From the NCBI GenBank assembly GCA_020184695.1, contig JAANOX010000058.1, positions 1 through 30,345 of the forward strand: 30,345 bases of DNA, in the 5' to 3' direction. Shown piece after piece: positions 24,968 through 30,345 of the stretch. Origin of the DNA: Histomonas meleagridis 2922-C6/04-290x (Eukaryota; Protista; Parabasalia). The position numbers and the translations under genes are program-made. Under the pieces are notes generated by a model that had not been told where the DNA came from, ran no database searches, and saw only the letters and a list, made by a program, of their open reading frames with translations. Numbering within the stretch: the first letter of the stretch is position 1; each line of letters opens with the position of its first letter.

Positions 24968-25406
24968 TTATGTTTTGGAATGTTTTTAAAAATTAAGAAA
25001 AAATCCCACTACTTGCAGTTCTGTATATATTTTTTTAATTTTGGAAGATCAGAACTGGAGATCCTACACAACAATTATAACACCTTGAATGTAAACATTA
25101 GAAATATTGTTTTTTTATTCTGGAATTACGTACCCAGTTCATTTTTTGTTAAAAAATGAAGAATATGATTATGATTCAATTGCTTCGAAACAAATGAAGG
25201 ATAAGAATAGTAATGTTAGAATGTAATTCAATTAATTGTGTTGATACTGATAATTTATCTTTACCAGCACATTATCATGATGATCTTTTAAATAATACTT
25301 GTATTCTTTAAAAGATCATACGCATAATAAATATTTAACTGTATTGATACCAGTTATTTATTTATAAGGTAATACAAGAAAAATAGTGTGTAATATTGAA
25401 AACAAA

Positions 25407-25457
25407 TATAGGGGATGCATAAAGTCCTGACCCCCCACTTTTCTCGCATCCTCTGTA
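25407..25457. repeat. 51-bp TA-bounded mini element with 12-bp imperfect terminal inverted repeats
   Basis: TATAGGGGATGC ... GCATCCTCTGTA (10 of 12 match). Confidence 0.45.
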
Positions 25458-25562
25458 TCTAGAATAATAAATTATATATAAATAAAAACTATAATGTATG
25501 AACTCAATGTGTGTTTTAATATTTTTTAAAAATTTTATTTACGTAAAAATTTGTTAGAAAAA

Positions 25563-26300
25563 TATAGGGTGTCCGGTTAAATTTTAGTATCAGTGTTTCT
25601 GCTGAATAATATTTTTTGAAATTATTAATATAATAACATTAAATGTATGCGATATTATATTTAAAATTTTAGATCTTATTTTTATTTGGTTCATGAGTTA
25701 TAGTAAAAATAATAACACAAAATCAGTTTAAAATTTCATTTTTAAAATGAGTGATCATATGAAGCATCTCGTCATATTTTGGTACAGCTAAAATTTGAAT
25801 CCAAATGATTTATAAATCATGATTTATATATAAAATGTTGTAAAAACTTTGGAGAAAATGTTGTTAACTATAGTACAATCACAGATAGATGCAGAAAATT
25901 ATTATTAGGGGAAAACATATTTGTCAGAAGAACTGGCAGCGGTTTATCTACAAATAATTCTATCGACCCTTTAATTTGTGATCAATTAGAACAAATGCCA
26001 TTTCACAGTGTACGAACATTGAGCAGAACTTTAAAAATCCCAAGATTGATGACGTTTTTTTTAATTGGTTTTATTTTTTAGTGGATTTTGTAATTCAATG
26101 GCTTCTACCTGATTAAAAACCTTTTACAAAACCAAGAAGAATTATATCAACACCAAAATGAATGCCAACATTTTTTTGGTCTACTTTGAGATTTAGAATA
26201 GTCGAAATGTTACCTTCGAGTAATAAATTTAATAGCTTTGATTTTATTTAATCTATTCTAAAAAAAAATTGTTAAAATCAATTATCAGTAAAAGAGGGTG
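25563..26300 (+). mobile_element. Degraded mariner-like element (left terminus plus transposase fragments)
   Basis: TATAGGGTGTCC terminus. HTH-like FGENVVNYSTITDRCRKLLLG..LEQMPFHSVRTLSRTLKIP. Catalytic-domain-like QWLLPD*KPFTKPRRIISTPK*MPTFFWS..IVEMLP. Many stops and an internal deletion. Confidence 0.7.
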
Positions 26301-26657
26301 CAACCGAAAAGAAAAGTTTGGTACATATGTACACATTATAGGACAAATGAAACATAGAAGTTTGCCACTAAAAATGGGTCATCTTTAAGTCCACATTCAG
26401 CATTTCCGCCAGATTTTCCAACTCCTGCGAGACCCCAAATACAGAAATTCTTCAAATGTAAATCACTGTTATATACCACTGTTCTTGATTTTGTTCTAGT
26501 ATTGAATCTATACGTACTTGTTATATTTAGCTTTTATGTATTATCATTTATCTTAAGTAACGATTTTCCAATTTTTCAATTGATAAATTTTTAGTATAGT
26601 GTGTCAAACCTCAAGCGTAGCATCTCAATGTATGAACATAATTAAATAAATTTATTA

Positions 26658-26957
26658 ATGAAGTTAAGATATAATAACACATTAAGTGATGCTACTTCAT
26701 TTATGCTTAATATACAATGTGAACGTTCACGTGGTGGTTACGTATTTGATGGTTTAGATTCTGATGGTCAAAATATCCCGATACAAATTAATAGTCAACC
26801 AATTTATACCCAAGCTAATGATACATATTATAATGTTGATGATGCTGTAAATCATCCACCTCCACCACAATTATTCATTTGTCGTAATACTTATTTCACA
26901 TTAGATTTACACAACGGATTGAAATATTATTCTAATGGTACCCATGATGGTTATTAA
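26658..26957 (+). pseudogene. Probable C-terminal fragment of a trichomonad Maverick conserved (major capsid-like) protein
   Basis: CERSRGGYVFDGLDSDGQN..PIY..ANDTYYNVD..HPPPPQLFIC resembles my recollection of the multicopy T. vaginalis Maverick ORF; not searched. Confidence 0.55.
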
Positions 26958-27352
26958 ATAAAAAAATTTTTATTAATTATATAAAATGTCGTTTTACACC
27001 TAATAAATTTTGGAGGGAAAAAATAGTCAACATAGTCAATATTATTATTTTAAAGAATAATAACAAATAAGTGATGAAAATACATATAATATAATATTAT
27101 AAATAATAAATGAGAAATGATTAAAAATTAAGACATATTACAGTTGTATTTCCAAAACATGCTAATGCATTCGTTTTGCTATACATTATATAAATAATTT
27201 GTCGTAAAAAATGGTTTTAATAGTTGTCCTTTCGTAACATTTATTGCTAGTATTAAGAAATATACAGAAGAAGCATTTAGTAAAAGAATTGATGGAGTGG
27301 TTATCAGAGTATATAATCAAAGATTAGAAATCTATGATAAATATGGATCTTA

Positions 27353-27586
27353 TCACAAAAAAATAAATGAATTCAGAAGTATAAAAGTTTGTGAGTTAAG
27401 ATCCGTGTAGTCAATTGTGAAATAATATTTTTTCCCGTTAATCTGTATAAAATTATCTATCTCAGATATAATAATATAACATTTTGTCGTTAATGACGTA
27501 ACAATCATTTTGGCTAGTCTTGTCGGTGGCGATGGAAGATTAACGTCGATTCTATTATAATGTGCGGCGTCATAAGAAGTAATCAA
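27353..27586 (-). pseudogene. Probable N-terminal fragment of a Maverick minor-capsid-like protein
   Basis: YNRIDVNLP..MIVTSLTTKCYIII..YTDLN resembles recalled trichomonad Maverick ORFs and lies among other Maverick fragments; not searched. Confidence 0.4.
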
Positions 27587-27839
27587 TTACAGCATTATAC
27601 ATATTTTAAAAATAGAATTTTTATTATATTAAGATGTCATTTGTTGGTGTTTGGTTTTGTGTCAGCGGAACAATATATGTTTCAAACTCGATGATAAAAA
27701 CTTTATTAAAAGCTTAAATATTTAGTGTTGAGGAAGAAGAAGTAATGTCAGATGAAATTAAAAACATAATGTATTAATAAAACTGCAGTTTTACGATAAT
27801 TATATGAGAATACTAATTGAATAATAAATCGACAATATT

Positions 27840-28214
27840 AGGGATAAACACTATTTTTACCATTTGTGGTGAATATGATGTTGAAAATACTTCCGTCAGT
27901 AGAAGCATGATATAATCCTGTAAGCTTTTTGTAAATATATCTTTTGTTTCCGATAAATCTTATTTTTTAATCGGAAAATGATGCATGAAATTTAATATAT
28001 TCTATATTTCAAACATTACTAAATACTATTGTATTAAATAATTGGTAATATGATTCATATCAGTTTCATTTTGATTATAGAATCGTAAGAATTCTTTAGT
28101 ATTTATATTAGTAGATGCAGCATCAAATATTAAAAAATTAGCGGGAACTGATTCTGTATCATCACAATATAATGATAACATTTCGCTATCTTCATAAGTA
28201 TAAACTGAATTCAT
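27840..28214 (-). pseudogene. Probable N-terminus of a trichomonad Maverick DNA polymerase B
   Basis: MNS..LSLYCDDTESVPANFLIFD and downstream IEYIKFHASFSD*KIRFIGNKRYIYK resemble the recalled N-terminus of T. vaginalis Maverick pPolB; not searched. Confidence 0.45.
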
Positions 28215-28280
28215 AAATTTGAGCTGTTTAAAAAGTTATCAAAAGTGACACTAATAAACTATACATAATATAAGTAAAAA

Positions 28281-29629
28281 ATGCAAAACATTTTTTTAAT
28301 GTCAATCAAATATAAAAAAGATATCGATTTAAAAAAGTAACGAATTCGAGCAATAGCAACGTTTAAAAGTCTAGGTATGTCGCAACATGAAGCTAGGCAG
28401 CAGAGTTTTTATGGAAAACATATCAGTCATAATTTGATTATAAAGTTTTTACTTCTATTGATGATGGCCAGGATTACATGTGCCATGCTAAACCTCTAGG
28501 AAGACTGAATTCAATGAATGAGAATAAATTAAAAATTATTGATGATATACTCCGTAAAAATGGAAGACATATTTCAGAAGAAATAGGGGATGAAATTTAT
28601 TCGCAAACAAAAACACGAGTATCAAAATCCACATTATCCAAAGCTTTAAGTTTTATTGGTTACAAATATAGGCCGCCAAAAAAGCGCCCAAACTTAAACG
28701 AAATTCAAAACGAAAATCGTTTAAAATTTTGTCGGTCTTTGATTGGAAATCAAATTGAAGTTGAAAAATTTATTTTTTCAGATGAGAGTAGATTTTGCCA
28801 GGAATCAGATAAAAAATACGTCTGGTACAGATCTGGGAGGAATAATAAATCAATATATTCTAATTTATGCAAATTTCAAAACGGCATAATGATTTATGCT
28901 TCCATTTAATTGAACTACAAAAATAATTTGGTTATTTGTGATACTTCGATTGATGCTGTAAATTATCAAAAAAACATTATTTCCAGCGGAATGTTAAATT
29001 TAAACTCAAATAATTACATTATTATTCAAGACGGTGCACCAACAATAGTTAAACTTCGTAAAGGTATGGCCAGCAAATAGCCCCGATCTAAATCCGATCG
29101 AGCACCTGTGGGGGTACATGAAGCGAATTGTAGCAAAACATCAAATAGACAATAAGCAACAATTAATAGAACTTCTTAAGCAAATATGGGATGAAATACC
29201 AATGTATGTGATAAATAATCTAGTGTTAAGTTTTCGAGACAGAATCAAAATTGTTTGTAACTTAAACGGAGAATGCATAAACGATCATTTCCGAATGAGC
29301 AAAGAACATCGCTTCACGAATGATCCTGTCATCCTTGATGAATATTCATTGTATTCTAAATCTGAGATGATCGCAAACTGGACCCAAATCTTCCAAGCTT
29401 CTACGAAAAAGAAGGTAAGGAATTTACTGAATCCGACAAACAATATATTTTGAAAAAATTAGCTAAGTGGAACAAAAAAACCCCACCTCCATATGGACGG
29501 TGGTGTACTAATTTGGAAAGACTGAAAAATGAAATTGAAGAATTTGCGATCAAAATTCGTGCTCGAGCATTGGAAAATTTTTGCAACCCATGTTATTTTG
29601 AAAAAGTTGAAAATTTTCATTCAAAATAA
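28281..29629 (+). mobile_element. Second Tc1-like DDE transposase pseudogene with a C-terminal Myb-like extension
   Basis: LGR, YKYRPPK, FIFSDESRF, IQDGAP, WPANSPDLNPIEHLWGYMKRIVA (after a frameshift and an internal deletion between the second D and E). The C-terminal frame ends at 29627-29629. Confidence 0.88.
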
Positions 29630-30345
29630 ATTTGGGTTGCTCAAAAAGTAATTTTCAATTAGAGAATTCTGATATCTTATCGAAAATTCTGAAAATTTTG
29701 AAAACATGTTTCCTGGTTACCATCGCTTATCGTCTTTTTTTCAAACGAATTTAAATGAAACCGACAGTCCAGATTTATAAACTCAGTTTAGTGTAATCAA
29801 TAACTAGTCAATAATGAATTAAACAAGTAGTTACATATTCCTGTTAATATCTCAAGCAAAGTATTTTGTGCCATTATTTGATATGAAATTGCCTTCGGTG
29901 ATGGAGACGTTCCTGAAACATTTTATGGTTTCACTACATTAAAATGTAAAGATATAACACGTGTTTTCGGTATAATATCAAGTCTCCTAATACCTACCGC
30001 TTTATTCTGTGAAGGACTTTCTAATCAACGTTGAGGATAACGGAAAGTATATCCGTTCTGCTCATTGAGTGTTTCATACTGATCAATGTCAAGATCCTCA
30101 ATCGGAAGTTGCAATGCAGTCGTGCTAAATTAATTTACAGTTTTGAACATTTTTATACTATTAAAATGTCAAATTCACAACTCGAGAAAATAGAAAATAT
30201 ATTTAGAGCATTAATGAATAATAATAGTGTTGTTTACAGTAATCACTCAAAAACATCTGATACTTTGTCAAATTATATTTGTACGGTTAAATTTCAGTGT
30301 GGATAATAGTTTCGTTTCCACTTACGGAAGAAATCATATAGAAAT

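Noticed and set aside
29880-30345. ORF 30031-30306 and neighbouring frames
   Set aside because: It has a non-ATG start and no recognisable motifs, so no call is supported.

Overview
Very AT-rich eukaryotic DNA, most likely from a parabasalid (trichomonad). This is inferred from an intronless 7 kb BEACH gene, a TCACT initiator just before an ATG, a TAAA poly(A) signal overlapping a stop codon, and Maverick/Polinton debris. The window holds one intact host gene (BEACH/WD40, 17959-24939 +) and one tRNA-Asn(GTT) among many decayed mobile elements. From left to right these are: the 5' part of an R2/NeSL-like non-LTR retrotransposon starting just downstream of the tRNA, a Helitron RepHel remnant, a Maverick DNA polymerase B remnant, a Tc1-like DD34E transposase, a 2.2 kb (TATATG)n microsatellite, an orphan transposon end with 72-bp repeats, a mariner remnant, further Maverick fragments and a second Tc1-like transposase. 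The main surprise is at 11685-14604 (-). Four fragments in the ORF track join, through one +1 frameshift and four in-frame stops, into a single ~972-aa frame. It encodes a USP/peptidase-C19 deubiquitinase domain (Cys, QQD and His boxes present) fused to an IS630-Tc1-mariner DDE transposase. Both Tc1-like transposases also appear to end in a Myb-like domain. All domain calls come from motif recognition by eye; no searches were run.
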